This document shows, one piece after another, positions 48,453 to 58,231 of a stretch of 64,000 nucleotides of DNA. Made by a program: the position numbers and the translations under genes. Every line of letters begins with the position of its first letter. Position 1 is the first letter of the stretch. A model generated the notes under the pieces. It saw only the letters and a program-made list of their open reading frames with translations, had not been told where the DNA came from and did not search any database. This DNA is from Steroidobacteraceae bacterium (GTDB lineage: Bacteria; Pseudomonadota; Gammaproteobacteria; Steroidobacterales; Steroidobacteraceae), in the NCBI GenBank assembly GCA_025451275.1, contig JANWKR010000040.1, positions 118 through 64,117 on the forward strand. The letters are read 5' to 3'.

Positions 48453-49577
48453 TCAGGCGGCGGAGGAGTTGGTGGCCGGGCCCGGTGCGGAAGTGAGTTC
48501 CACCTTGGGCAGCATGCTGGTGTCGGTCACGAACTTCTGGAACTGGCGCTTCTCGCTGGCGTAGTTGTAGGCGTCGTCCGGATCGACGGTGCGCGCGGTG
48601 ATGGCTCCCATCAGCGCCTGGTCGAGCAGCTGCATGCCGAGATCGCGCCCCATCTGCAGCTGGCTCGGGATCTGGTGCGTCTGCTCGGTCTGGATCAGCT
48701 TGGCGATCGCCTTGGTCATCATGAGCACTTCGCAGATCGCCTTGCGGCCGTGGCCGTCGGGGGTCTTCACCAGCACCTGGGTGACCACCGCCAGCAGGCT
48801 CTGCGCCAGGAAGCTCTTGGTTTGCTCGCGCTCCTCGACCGGCAGTGCGTCGATGATGCGGTCGATGGTCTTGACCGCGCTGGTGGTATGCAGGGTGCCC
48901 AGCACCAGGTGGCCGGTCTCGGCTGCCGTCATGGCCATGGAGATGGTCTCGGCGTCGCGCAACTCGCCCACCAGGATGACGTCCGGGTCTTCACGCATCG
49001 CGGCGCGCACCCCTTCGGCGAAGCTCGGGATGTGCGTGCCGAGCTCGCGCTGGATGACCTGGCTGTTCTTGCTCGGATGCACGAACTCGATCGGGTCCTC
49101 GAGGCTGATGATGTTGAGGCGGCGCGTCGAGTTCAGGTGATCGATCATGGCCGCGAGCGTCGTCGACTTGCCGGTGCCGGTCGAGCCGGTGACGAGCACC
49201 ATGCCCTGGTGAAAGTCGCACAGCTTGGTGACCACGGCCGGCAGCGCCAGCTTCTCCAGCGTCGGCACGACCGAGGGAATGGCGCGGAACGTGGCCCCCA
49301 CCCCGGTGTCCTTGCGGTACACGTTGACGCGGAAGCGGCCGCCCTCGGAGGACACGTAGGAGAAGTCCAGGTCGTTGCCCTTGTTGAACACCTCGTTCTG
49401 GGAACGGGTGAGGATCTCGGCGATGTAGCCCTCGAGCTCCGGGGCACGCAGGTCGCGGAATTTGATGGGCAGCAGGTCGCCGTGCATGCGCAGCATCGGG
49501 GGCACCCCGACCGCCAGATGCACGTCCGAGCACCCCTGCTGGGTGCCCAGCTTCAAAAACGCGTCGATGCGCGCCAA
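48453..49577 (-). CDS. PilT-family hexameric ATPase, paralogue A (variant AIRNLIRE region, C-terminal tail)
   Basis: 374 aa. Walker A GSTGTGKST, DPDVILVGELRD, His box AETGHLVLGTLHT. The AIRNLIRE-equivalent reads AIAKLIQTEQ. There is an extra C-terminal tail ...FVTDTSMLPKVELTSAPGPATNSSAA. Confidence 0.85.
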   Translation of the reverse strand: MARIDAFLKLGTQQGCSDVHLAVGVPPMLRMHGDLLPIKFRDLRAPELEGYIAEILTRSQNEVFNKGNDLDFSYVSSEGGRFRVNVYRKDTGVGATFRAIPSVVPTLEKLALPAVVTKLCDFHQGMVLVTGSTGTGKSTTLAAMIDHLNSTRRLNIISLEDPIEFVHPSKNSQVIQRELGTHIPSFAEGVRAAMREDPDVILVGELRDAETISMAMTAAETGHLVLGTLHTTSAVKTIDRIIDALPVEEREQTKSFLAQSLLAVVTQVLVKTPDGHGRKAICEVLMMTKAIAKLIQTEQTHQIPSQLQMGRDLGMQLLDQALMGAITARTVDPDDAYNYASEKRQFQKFVTDTSMLPKVELTSAPGPATNSSAA

Positions 49578-49736
49578 GCGCCTGCTCCTGAGGGCATGGT
49601 CTATATCCCTGTTTAGCCGCTTCGGGGCTTTGCGATCAACAACTTGAGGTCGGAAATTTGACCTAACGCACGAACTTAAGCAAGGCGAAGGCTGGAGCGG
49701 GGCGATACGGCCCGGGCGGGCGGGCCGGGAGGACGG

Positions 49737-52211
49737 TCAGTTGCGGTAGCGCTCGAGCGCCTGGCTCAGTTCGTTCATGGTCTGGAAGCGCTTGTTCTTG
49801 TCGACCGCCATGGCCTTCATGACCAGATCCGACAGCCCCGGCGGCAGGTTCGGATTGACGTCCTGGGGGACACGGGCCTTGCCCTGCACGTGCTGGTACA
49901 TGACCGACATATGGTCGCCGCGCGAATACGGCGGCACGCCGGTCACCATCTCGTACAGCATCACCCCGAGGGCGTAGATGTCGGCGCGCTGGTCGACCTT
50001 CTTGCCGAGGATCTGCTCGGGGGCCATGTACTTCGGCGAGCCGATCACGTAGCCGGTCTTGGTGAGCTGCGTGTCGCCCTCGCGCTGCGCCGCCGCGACC
50101 CCGAAGTCCACGATCTTGAGCAGCCCCTCCTGATTGATGAGCACGTTGGCGGGCTTCAGGTCGCGGTGCACGATGCCCTGCTGGTGCGCCACGGTCATGC
50201 CGGTGCAGATGTCGATGCCGAACTGCACCGCGCGCTTGAGCTCGACCGGCTTCTCGTTGACGACCTCGCTGCCGAGGGTGTGCGAGGGGAAGTACTCCAT
50301 GGAGATGGCGTACAGGCCCTGGATGTAGAGGAAGTCGTAGATGCGGATGACGTTCTTGTGGGTGATCTTGCGCGAGTAACGCAGCTCGTGGACGAAGCGC
50401 TTCATCACCTCTTCGTCGCCGGACACGTTCGGATTCAGGAACTTGAGGATCAGCCGCTCATCGACGACCGTGTCCTCCATGAGCAGCACGGTGCCGAACG
50501 CGCCGCGGCCGATGCGATCGATGTACTTGTAGCGGCCCTCGATGATGTCGCCCGACTTGAGGGTCTGAATGTCGAGCCGCGCGGCGGCCTCGGCCTGGCG
50601 CACGGCCGCCGCGCGGTCCTGCTCGGAGATCACCTGGGTCTTGACGCCCACCTCGGGCGGCGCGGCGGCCTGCGGCGGCCGCACCCCCGCCTGCGCGGCG
50701 GCCGAGGCCGCGGCGGCCGGCGGCAGCGGCGTGGCGCTGATGCCGCCGGCGCTGCCGGACCCCAGCGCGGTGACGCCGGCCATGCGGTTGTCGAGCTCGC
50801 TGACCGCGGCCTGCGCCATGCGCGAGATGGTCTGGTCGGGCGAGGCCACCTGCGCCTGCAGCTCGTGGCGCACCTGCTCGGCGCGCTGCTCGTCCGCCAC
50901 GCGTGACAGGGCCTGGATGGCTTCGATGCGGATCTCGCGCTCCGGGCGCGCCACCAACGGCAGCAGCGTGTCGACCAGCTTGCTGTCGCCGAGCTTGCCG
51001 AGCGCGCGCACCACGATCGGGGCGGCCTTGCCGCTGGTCGGCGAGTGCAGCATCTCCATGAGGCGCGGCAGGGCGCGCTTGCTGCCGATCTCGGCCAGCG
51101 CGTCCACGGCGCGCTCGCTCACCCACCAGTCCGTGTCCTTGGTCGCCTGGATGAGCGAGTCGACGGCACGCTCGTCCTTGGTCTGGTTGAGGATCTCGAT
51201 GGCAGCGCGGCGGATGTCCTCGTCCTTGTCGCGCACCAGCTGCAGCACCGCGTCGATCACCTTCGGGCCGCCGATCTTGCCGAGCGCATCCGCGGCACGG
51301 CTGCGCACCCACCAGTCGCTGTCCTTGAGCGACTCGAGCAGGTACTTGACCGACTGGGGGTTGCCCACCTCGTTCAGCACCTCGACCGCGGCGCGGCGCG
51401 CGTTCTCGTTCTCGTCCTTGAGGATGTCGATCAGGTAGCGGATGGTCTCGGGGTGGTTGGCCTTGATGACCACGTCGATGGCGCGGTTGAGCACGTCGAT
51501 CTCGGGGTCGCGCAGCAGCGCGCATACCCGCTCGATGTCGATCGGCCCGTCCATGCGCTGCAGCGCCGAGAGCGTGGCGCCGCGGATCAGCTTGTTGGGG
51601 TCCTTCAGCAGCGCCTGCAGCGCGGTCTGCACCTCCGGGGTGTTGAAGCGCGCCAGGGTATTGATGATGTGCACGCGCGCGATCGGGTCCTTGCCCTGCA
51701 CGCGTCCGATGAGCTCGGGCACCGCGCTCTTGTCGGCGATCTCGGAGATGATGCGGAACAGCGCCGCCTTCTCGTTCGGCTCCTGGGTATAGGCGGCGTT
51801 GAGCAGCTCGCGTACCGTGAAGCGGGTCTTCTGCGCGGCGATGACCTCGAGGATCGTGGGCCGGGGGATACCCGGCGTGGCGAGTGCCTCGATCAGCATG
51901 TGGGCCGGGTAGTTGCGGCTGCTGGTGAGTGCCCAGGAGATGCCGGAGATCACCCGCGGGCTGCCCTCGACCAGGCCGCGCATGAACTGCGGGAAGGTCT
52001 TCTGGCTGACGAGGCTCGCCAGCACGTCCACGAACGCCATGGTGGCCGACTTGTCGGCGTCCGGCAGTGCGCCGAACACGGCTTCGATCGCGCCGGGACC
52101 GACCTCCTTCAGCCGCGCGATCGCCTTCTGCGTCGCCGGGCTGGACGGATCGGTCGCGGACCGGATCTCCGTCACCAGCCGGTCGGCACGCAAGTTCGTG
52201 AAAAAGCTCAT
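49737..52211 (-). CDS. HEAT-repeat protein fused to a C-terminal Hanks-type Ser/Thr protein kinase
   Basis: 824 aa. The N-terminal roughly 470 aa are HEAT/PBS-lyase-like repeats (e.g. DSDWWVRSRAADALGKIGGPKVIDAVLQLVRDKDEDIRRAAIEIL). An Ala/Pro linker follows. The kinase domain has GRGAFGTV, LILKFL (Lys), HRDLKPANVL, DFG and SPKYMAPE. No TM segment. Confidence 0.88.
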   Translation of the reverse strand: MSFFTNLRADRLVTEIRSATDPSSPATQKAIARLKEVGPGAIEAVFGALPDADKSATMAFVDVLASLVSQKTFPQFMRGLVEGSPRVISGISWALTSSRNYPAHMLIEALATPGIPRPTILEVIAAQKTRFTVRELLNAAYTQEPNEKAALFRIISEIADKSAVPELIGRVQGKDPIARVHIINTLARFNTPEVQTALQALLKDPNKLIRGATLSALQRMDGPIDIERVCALLRDPEIDVLNRAIDVVIKANHPETIRYLIDILKDENENARRAAVEVLNEVGNPQSVKYLLESLKDSDWWVRSRAADALGKIGGPKVIDAVLQLVRDKDEDIRRAAIEILNQTKDERAVDSLIQATKDTDWWVSERAVDALAEIGSKRALPRLMEMLHSPTSGKAAPIVVRALGKLGDSKLVDTLLPLVARPEREIRIEAIQALSRVADEQRAEQVRHELQAQVASPDQTISRMAQAAVSELDNRMAGVTALGSGSAGGISATPLPPAAAASAAAQAGVRPPQAAAPPEVGVKTQVISEQDRAAAVRQAEAAARLDIQTLKSGDIIEGRYKYIDRIGRGAFGTVLLMEDTVVDERLILKFLNPNVSGDEEVMKRFVHELRYSRKITHKNVIRIYDFLYIQGLYAISMEYFPSHTLGSEVVNEKPVELKRAVQFGIDICTGMTVAHQQGIVHRDLKPANVLINQEGLLKIVDFGVAAAQREGDTQLTKTGYVIGSPKYMAPEQILGKKVDQRADIYALGVMLYEMVTGVPPYSRGDHMSVMYQHVQGKARVPQDVNPNLPPGLSDLVMKAMAVDKNKRFQTMNELSQALERYRN

Positions 52212-52462
52212 TCAGCCTTTCCGTGGAGAGCCGCTGCTGCACGTCGCCGCCGCGCCCCCCGCGCCGGAGCACTATGCAAGGCAAGGGCGGAATCTGTCCG
52301 GGCCGGCGTCACGCGGCCGCGACCGCATAGTAAATAAGGAGCATCCGGCATTCGAACCCGCGGGATTATGCCATAGCCTTGAGCCGGGCCACGGAACGCG
52401 GCCGTGTGCGCGCCCGGCGCCCAACCTCTAGAATCTGTCTCCGGACACCCTGCGGTTTCAAC

Positions 52463-53560
52463 ATGATCCCCGAATCCTCCCTGGAGAGCGCGCGCGCCGC
52501 GCTCGATGCCTACGTCGACCCCTACCTCGGCCAGTCCCTGGCGGCGGTCCAGGCGGTGCGCGAGGTGCGCGCCGATGGCGGCGGCCTCACCGCGCGGATC
52601 GCGCTCGGCTACCCGGTGGGCGGCTACCTGGAGGAGCTCACGGCGGCACTGCGCGGGCAGCTGGCCGCGGCCGGCATCAGTGCGCCGCTCACCGTCCAGC
52701 TCGAGGCGGACATCCGCGCGCACGCCGTGCAGCGCAACCTCAGGCCGCTCGGGGAGATCGCCAATGTCGTGGCGGTGGCCTCGGGCAAGGGGGGCGTCGG
52801 GAAGTCGACCGTGGCGGTCAACCTGGCGCTCGCCTGGGCCATCCAGGGGGCGCGGGTGGGGCTGCTCGATGCCGACATCTACGGCCCGAGCCAGCCGCTC
52901 ATGCTGGGGCTCACCGGGCAGCGCCCGAGCTCTCCCGACGGCAAGCACCTGCGGCCGCTCGCCGCCCACGGGATCAGCGCCATGTCGATCGGTTTCCTGG
53001 TGGACGCCGAGCAGCCGATGGTCTGGCGCGGGCCGATGGTGACGCAGGCCCTGACCCAACTCCTGTCGGAGACGCAGTGGGGCGCGCTCGACTACCTGGT
53101 GGTCGACATGCCGCCGGGCACCGGCGACATCCAGCTCACGCTCGCGCAGCGCGTGCCGGTGGCCGGCGCGGTGATCGTCACCACTCCCCAGGACATCGCG
53201 CTCGCCGATGCACGCAAGGGCCTCAAGATGTTCGAGAAGGTGGCGGTGCCGGTGCTCGGCATCGTGGAGAACATGAGCGTGCACGTGTGCAGCAACTGCG
53301 GCCACAGCGAGCACATCTTCGGCGCCGGGGGCGGTGAGCGCATGGCGCGCGAGTACGGCGTGCGGCTGCTCGGCGAGCTGCCGCTCGATGCCCACATCCG
53401 CGAGGAGGCCGACGGCGGCCGCCCCACGGTGGTCGCCAGTCCCGACTCGCCGCGCGCCCGGCCGTATTTCGCGATGGCGCGGCGCACCGCCGGGGCACTG
53501 GCGGTGCGCGCCCGCGATCGCAGCGGCGTATTTCCCAAGATCGTGGTCGAAGAAAGCTGA
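52463..53560 (+). CDS. apbC: Fe-S cluster carrier ATPase (Mrp/ApbC/NBP35 family)
   Basis: About 365 aa from ATG 52463. N-terminal DUF59-like region, deviant Walker A VASGKGGVGKST, and CxxC in VCSNCGH. Confidence 0.92.
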   Translation: MIPESSLESARAALDAYVDPYLGQSLAAVQAVREVRADGGGLTARIALGYPVGGYLEELTAALRGQLAAAGISAPLTVQLEADIRAHAVQRNLRPLGEIANVVAVASGKGGVGKSTVAVNLALAWAIQGARVGLLDADIYGPSQPLMLGLTGQRPSSPDGKHLRPLAAHGISAMSIGFLVDAEQPMVWRGPMVTQALTQLLSETQWGALDYLVVDMPPGTGDIQLTLAQRVPVAGAVIVTTPQDIALADARKGLKMFEKVAVPVLGIVENMSVHVCSNCGHSEHIFGAGGGERMAREYGVRLLGELPLDAHIREEADGGRPTVVASPDSPRARPYFAMARRTAGALAVRARDRSGVFPKIVVEES

Positions 53561-53624
53561 TCCGGCGACGCGAACCTGCTAACGTGCGCGCCGCGGCCGG
53601 CGCGGCGCGCCTCACGGAACAAGC

Positions 53625-54191
53625 ATGAGCATCAAGTCCGACAACTGGATCCGGCGCATGGCGCGCGAGCACCGGATGATCGAGCCGTTTGCCGCGGAGC
53701 AGGTGCGGGAGTCGGACGGCCACAGGATCGTCTCGTACGGCACTTCCAGCTACGGCTACGACGTGCGCTGCGCCAGCGAGTTCAAGATCTTCACCAACAT
53801 CAACTCGACCATCGTCGACCCCAAGAACTTCGATCAGAAGAACTTCGTCGACTTCGACGGCGGGGTCTGCATCATTCCGCCCAATTCCTTCGCGCTGGCG
53901 CGCACCGTGGAGTACTTCCGCATCCCGCGCAACGTGCTCGTCGTGTGTTTGGGGAAAAGCAGTTATGCGCGCTGCGGCATCGTGTGCAACGTAACGCCTC
54001 TGGAGCCGGAGTGGGAAGGTCACGTGACGCTCGAGTTCTCCAACACCACACCATTGCCGGCGAAGATCTACGCCAATGAGGGCGTGGCGCAGATGCTGTT
54101 CTTCGAGTCCGACGAGGTGTGCTCGACTTCCTACAAGGACCGCGGCGGCAAGTACCAGGGCCAGCGCGGCGTGACGCTGCCAAAGACCTGA
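53625..54191 (+). CDS. dcd: dCTP deaminase
   Basis: 188 aa. N-terminus [13 protein letters not shown]. Motifs [32 protein letters not shown]. Confidence 0.93.
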   Translation: MSIKSDNWIRRMAREHRMIEPFAAEQVRESDGHRIVSYGTSSYGYDVRCASEFKIFTNINSTIVDPKNFDQKNFVDFDGGVCIIPPNSFALARTVEYFRIPRNVLVVCLGKSSYARCGIVCNVTPLEPEWEGHVTLEFSNTTPLPAKIYANEGVAQMLFFESDEVCSTSYKDRGGKYQGQRGVTLPKT

Positions 54192-54195
54192 CCGT

Positions 54196-54921
54196 TCAGC
54201 GCTTCAGGCTCTCGATCTGCAGCGTCCACTGCACGTCGTCGCCCTTGGTCTGCTCGACCTTCATGGGGATGAAGCCCTTGCCGGGCGCGCACCAGAAGCG
54301 CGTGGTGCGCGGTGAGTACTTCTTCTGCGCGCGGTAGATCACGGTCGGCACATCGCCGAGCGGCGTCTTCAGGGTCGCCTCGCCCTCGCGCGTGAACTGG
54401 TACTCGCGCACGCTGTTCTTGTCGATGAGCTGGAACTTGTCGGGCGTCTTGCCGGCGAGCAGCTCGCTCATCAGGGCGAGCTGCACCGAGCCATCGTCCT
54501 GCACCGCGGGGGTCAGCGGCAGGTCGACCTTGGTGCCCTCGTAGTTCCCGGTGAGGCGCTTGGTCTGCCAGTCGTACTTGAGGTCGATGCTGTGCCGGGC
54601 ATCGCCGCCGCCGGAGCGGTAGCTCTGCGGCTGGATGCCGTCCCCGACCACCTTCGCAACGCTCGTCTGGTCGGGCGAGAGTCCCGAGGCCAGGCGGCCG
54701 AGCCCGCGCCCTTCGCTCTTCGAGCTGTAGGTCCAGGTGTCGCCGGAGTTCTCGAGCCTCAGGTCCGAGACCGCGACCGTCATGCCGTGCCAGATGCCCC
54801 GGTAGGTCGCCTGGTAGGGCTTGAGCTCATCCGCACCGGCGGCCGCGGCGCTCCACAGCGTCGCGCCCACGGCGATGGCGCAGGCGGCGCGCCGCCGCCG
54901 CGTCTCAGGTGTCGGCTGCAC
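54196..54921 (-). CDS. DUF3108-family periplasmic protein
   Basis: Start tentatively at GTG 54921 (signal-like RRRRAACAIAVGATLWSAAAAGA), overlapping the purN stop by 17 nt. The full track ORF (to 54978) would overlap purN by 74 nt. The body matches DUF3108-type proteins found next to purN. Confidence 0.6.
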   Translation of the reverse strand: MQPTPETRRRRAACAIAVGATLWSAAAAGADELKPYQATYRGIWHGMTVAVSDLRLENSGDTWTYSSKSEGRGLGRLASGLSPDQTSVAKVVGDGIQPQSYRSGGGDARHSIDLKYDWQTKRLTGNYEGTKVDLPLTPAVQDDGSVQLALMSELLAGKTPDKFQLIDKNSVREYQFTREGEATLKTPLGDVPTVIYRAQKKYSPRTTRFWCAPGKGFIPMKVEQTKGDDVQWTLQIESLKR

Positions 54922-55573
54922 TGAATTCCTCCACGATCGGCTGATCCAGGCGCGCGCCGTCGAGCCACGCCGCACCATCGTGCCACCTCAGCCGGCCGGC
55001 CGCGACCCAGCCGATGACGCGCGGATAGATGACGTGCTCGGTGCGCAGCACGCGTGCGGCGAGTGCCGCCTCGGTGTCCCCGGCTCGCACCGGCACGCGC
55101 GACTGCAGCACCACCGGCCCGGCGTCGAGCTCGGGCGTCACGTAGTGCACGCTGGCGCCGTGCGCGCGCGCGGCGGCCGCGAGCACGCGGCGATGGGTGT
55201 GGAGGCCGCGGTAGGCGGGCAGGAGCGAGGGGTGCACGTTCAGCATGCGCCCGAGGTAGCGCGCCACGAAGCCGGCCGAGAGGATGCGCATGAAGCCGGC
55301 GAGCGCGATCAGGTCCGGGCGCGCGGCGTCGATCGCGTCGGCCAGCCGCGCCTCGAAATCCCCGGCCGCCTCGCCCCTGGAGTGTGGCACCGCGGCGGTC
55401 GCGGTGCCGAGCCCGGCGGCGCTGGCAAGTCCTGCGGCATCCGCGCGGTCCGCGATCACGCGCGCGATCTGGGCGTGAATCTCGCCGGCGCGGCAGGCGC
55501 GGGCGATCGCGGTCATGTTGCTGCCGCGGCCGGAGATGAGGACGACCAGCCGCAGCGGCGGAGCGGCGCTCAT
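54905..55573 (-). CDS. purN: Phosphoribosylglycinamide formyltransferase
   Basis: 222 aa. Motifs [11 protein letters not shown] and [16 protein letters not shown]. 4-nt overlap with the purM stop. Confidence 0.92.
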   Translation of the reverse strand: MSAAPPLRLVVLISGRGSNMTAIARACRAGEIHAQIARVIADRADAAGLASAAGLGTATAAVPHSRGEAAGDFEARLADAIDAARPDLIALAGFMRILSAGFVARYLGRMLNVHPSLLPAYRGLHTHRRVLAAAARAHGASVHYVTPELDAGPVVLQSRVPVRAGDTEAALAARVLRTEHVIYPRVIGWVAAGRLRWHDGAAWLDGARLDQPIVEEFSAADT

Positions 55574-56601
55574 TCGGCGATGACGACGCCCCGGCCGCCG
55601 GCACGCACCTCGCCGATCAGCTGCGCATGCTCGCCGTGGGAGTTGAGGAGCTGCACCGCCGCCTGCACCTGCGCGGCCGGTACGATCACCACCATGCCGA
55701 TACCGCAGTTGAAGGTGCGGTACATCTCGGCCGAGTCGACCCGCGCGATGTGCTGCAGCCAGTCGAACACCGGGTCGCGCTGCCAGCTCGAGCGCGTGAG
55801 CAGCGCCTCGGTGCCCTCGGGCAGCACGCGCGGGATGTTGTCGGTGAGGCCGCCGCCGGTGATGTGGGCGAGGCCGTGCACGGGCAGGGCGCGTATCAGG
55901 GCGAGCAGTGGCTTCACATAGATGCGGGTCGGGGCCAGCAGACGGTCGAACAGGCTGCGGCCCTCGAGCTGCGTGCCCGGTCCGGCATCGGCCATGCTCA
56001 CGAGCTTGCGGATGAGCGAGTAGCCGTTCGCGTGCGGTCCCGAGGAATCGAGGCCGACGATGGCATCGCCGGCGCGCACCCTGCTGCCGTCAATGATCGC
56101 CGCCTTCTCGACGACGCCGACGCAGAAACCGGCCAGGTCGTAGTCGGCGCCGTGGTACATGCCGGGCATCTCGGCGGTCTCGCCGCCCACCAGCGCCGCG
56201 CCGGCCTGCACGCAGCCCTCGACGATGCCGCGGACCACGGCTTCGGCGACGTCGACCTGCAGCTTGCCGGTGGCGTAGTAGTCGAGGAAGAACAGCGGCT
56301 CGGCGCCCTGCACCACGACGTCGTTGGCGCACATGGCCACGAGGTCTATGCCGATGGTGTCGTGGCGGCCGGTGTCGATCGCCAGGCGCAGCTTCGTGCC
56401 CACGCCGTCCGTGCCCGACACCAGCACCGGCTGCCGGTAGCCGCTCGGCAGCTCCACCAGTGCACCGAAGCCGCCGATGCCCGCCAACACCTCGCGGCGC
56501 TGCGCGCGCCGCACCAGCGGCTTGATGCGCTCGACGAGCTCGTCACCGGCGTCGATGTCGACGCCGGCATCGCGATAGGTGGTGCCGGGGCGGTCGCTCA
56601 T
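55570..56601 (-). CDS. purM: Phosphoribosylformylglycinamidine cyclo-ligase (AIR synthetase)
   Basis: 343 aa. Motifs [41 protein letters not shown]. Confidence 0.93.
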   Translation of the reverse strand: MSDRPGTTYRDAGVDIDAGDELVERIKPLVRRAQRREVLAGIGGFGALVELPSGYRQPVLVSGTDGVGTKLRLAIDTGRHDTIGIDLVAMCANDVVVQGAEPLFFLDYYATGKLQVDVAEAVVRGIVEGCVQAGAALVGGETAEMPGMYHGADYDLAGFCVGVVEKAAIIDGSRVRAGDAIVGLDSSGPHANGYSLIRKLVSMADAGPGTQLEGRSLFDRLLAPTRIYVKPLLALIRALPVHGLAHITGGGLTDNIPRVLPEGTEALLTRSSWQRDPVFDWLQHIARVDSAEMYRTFNCGIGMVVIVPAAQVQAAVQLLNSHGEHAQLIGEVRAGGRGVVIAE

Positions 56602-56695
56602 GGTTCCTGGGGCGGCGCACTCCGGGCCGCCGTGGGGCCGGGGCGCTATGGTATTGTACCCGCCGCTTCGCGCGCTTGCGCAGGCAATCCAGACA

Positions 56696-57664
56696 ATGTC
56701 GCGAACGGCCCAAATTCAACTGCGGCGCACGGCGCGCGTGCCGGCTCTGCTGGCGGGACTGTGTGTGTTGTGCGCCCTGCCGCCGGCGTGGGCCGGACGC
56801 CCGGTGCGCGTCTACGAGGTCGATGTCGACGGGCAGTCGGCGCCGGCGGTGCAGAACGCCATGCGCCAGGCGCTGGTGCGCGCCACCGGCCGGCGCGAAT
56901 CAGCCGACGACCCGGCGTTCGCCAGCCTGGTCGCCGATGCACCCAAGTACGTGAAGAGCTACGCGGCAGGTCCCCGCGGCGAATCGCAGGTGGTGTTCGA
57001 TGCCGCCGCGGTCGCGCAGGCGGTGAGCGCCGTCGGCCGCAGCGTCTGGGACCGCGTGCGTCCGTTCACGCTGGTGGCACTGGCGCCGCCGCGCAATCGC
57101 GCCGCACAGGACGCGGCGCGCGCCGAGCTCGAGCGCGTGGCCGCCGAGCGCGGCCTGCCGATCAGCCTCGTGCCGGTCGCGGTCGATGACGCCGCGGGCA
57201 GCCCGCTCGGCACCGACGCGCTCATGCAGACCGCGCAGCGCTATGGTGGCGACGAGATCCTGGTGGGCCGCGGCGAGGATGCCGGTCCCGACACGGTGCT
57301 GCAGTGGACCCTGTACACGCGCACGGCGAGCGAGAGCTGGAGCGGCCCGCTGGCCGCCGGCATCGAGCACACGGTCGACTTCCTGGTGCCGCCGCAGGGC
57401 GGTTCGCTGGCGCAGACGGACGCCACGCTGCGCGTGCGCATCGACGGCGTCGCGAGCCTGCCCGACTACGCGAACGTCGCGCGGCTGCTCGAGAGCGTGC
57501 CGGGCGTGCGCCGTGCCAACCTCGTGGTCGCCGATCCCGGCAGCGTGGTGTTCGAGCTGACCGTGCGCGGTGGCGCCGCGGCGCTCGAGCAGGGACTGGC
57601 CGGTTCCACGCGGCTGCGCGGTGGCGGCACCCCGCCCGTGTACCGTTACCAGCCCCAGGGCTGA
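56696..57664 (+). CDS. Secreted DUF2066-like protein
   Basis: About 322 aa from ATG 56696 with a signal peptide ([20 protein letters not shown]). Its position between purM and hda matches what I recall for DUF2066 genes. The upstream part of the track ORF overlaps purM. Confidence 0.55.
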   Translation: MSRTAQIQLRRTARVPALLAGLCVLCALPPAWAGRPVRVYEVDVDGQSAPAVQNAMRQALVRATGRRESADDPAFASLVADAPKYVKSYAAGPRGESQVVFDAAAVAQAVSAVGRSVWDRVRPFTLVALAPPRNRAAQDAARAELERVAAERGLPISLVPVAVDDAAGSPLGTDALMQTAQRYGGDEILVGRGEDAGPDTVLQWTLYTRTASESWSGPLAAGIEHTVDFLVPPQGGSLAQTDATLRVRIDGVASLPDYANVARLLESVPGVRRANLVVADPGSVVFELTVRGGAAALEQGLAGSTRLRGGGTPPVYRYQPQG

Positions 57665-57679
57665 GGCGGAGCGGCACGC

Positions 57680-58222
57680 GTGCGGCACCTGCCCAACCTC
57701 ATCTGCGTGCTGCGCCTGGCGCTCATCTGGCCGGTGCTCGCGACGCTGCACGCGGGCCAGTATGTGACGGCGCTGGCGTTGTTCATCGCCGCCGCCGTCT
57801 CCGACGGCCTCGATGGCTACCTCGCCAAGCGCTTCCGCTGGACCTCCGAGCTCGGCAAGTTCCTCGATCCGCTCGCCGACAAGCTGCTGCTGATGGCAGT
57901 GTTCATCGAGTGCGCCTGGCTCGAGCTGGTGCCGTGGTGGCTGACCGCCGCGGTGGTGGCGCGCGACGTGCTGATCGGGCTCGGCGCGCTGGTCTTCCGC
58001 CTGTGGTTCGGTCCGCTGCACGGGCGGCCGACGCTGATCAGCAAGCTCAACACCGGTGCGCAGCTGCTGTACGTCATGCTGGTGCTGCTCAGTGCCGCCG
58101 AGCGGCTGCCGCTGCGCGAGGTGCTCGACGCCGCCGCGCTCGCCACCTTCGCCACGACCGTGATCTCCGGGCTGCACTACGTCGCGACCTTCTCGCGGCG
58201 CGCCTGGACACTGCCCGCCTGA
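57680..58222 (+). CDS. CDP-alcohol phosphatidyltransferase family protein (PgsA-like)
   Basis: 180 aa from GTG 57680. Signature DGLDGYLAKRFRWTSELGKFLDPLADK (D-x2-DG-x2-AR-x8-G-x3-D-x3-D). Confidence 0.82.
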   Translation: MRHLPNLICVLRLALIWPVLATLHAGQYVTALALFIAAAVSDGLDGYLAKRFRWTSELGKFLDPLADKLLLMAVFIECAWLELVPWWLTAAVVARDVLIGLGALVFRLWFGPLHGRPTLISKLNTGAQLLYVMLVLLSAAERLPLREVLDAAALATFATTVISGLHYVATFSRRAWTLPA

Positions 58223-58231
58223 GGGCTGCGC

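Noticed and set aside
47381-49577. Calling the ATPase pair pilT / pilU
   Set aside because: From memory of PilU signatures, neither protein looks PilU-like, and both deviate from canonical PilT in key motifs. No other pilus genes are nearby. Gene symbols were therefore withheld pending phylogeny.
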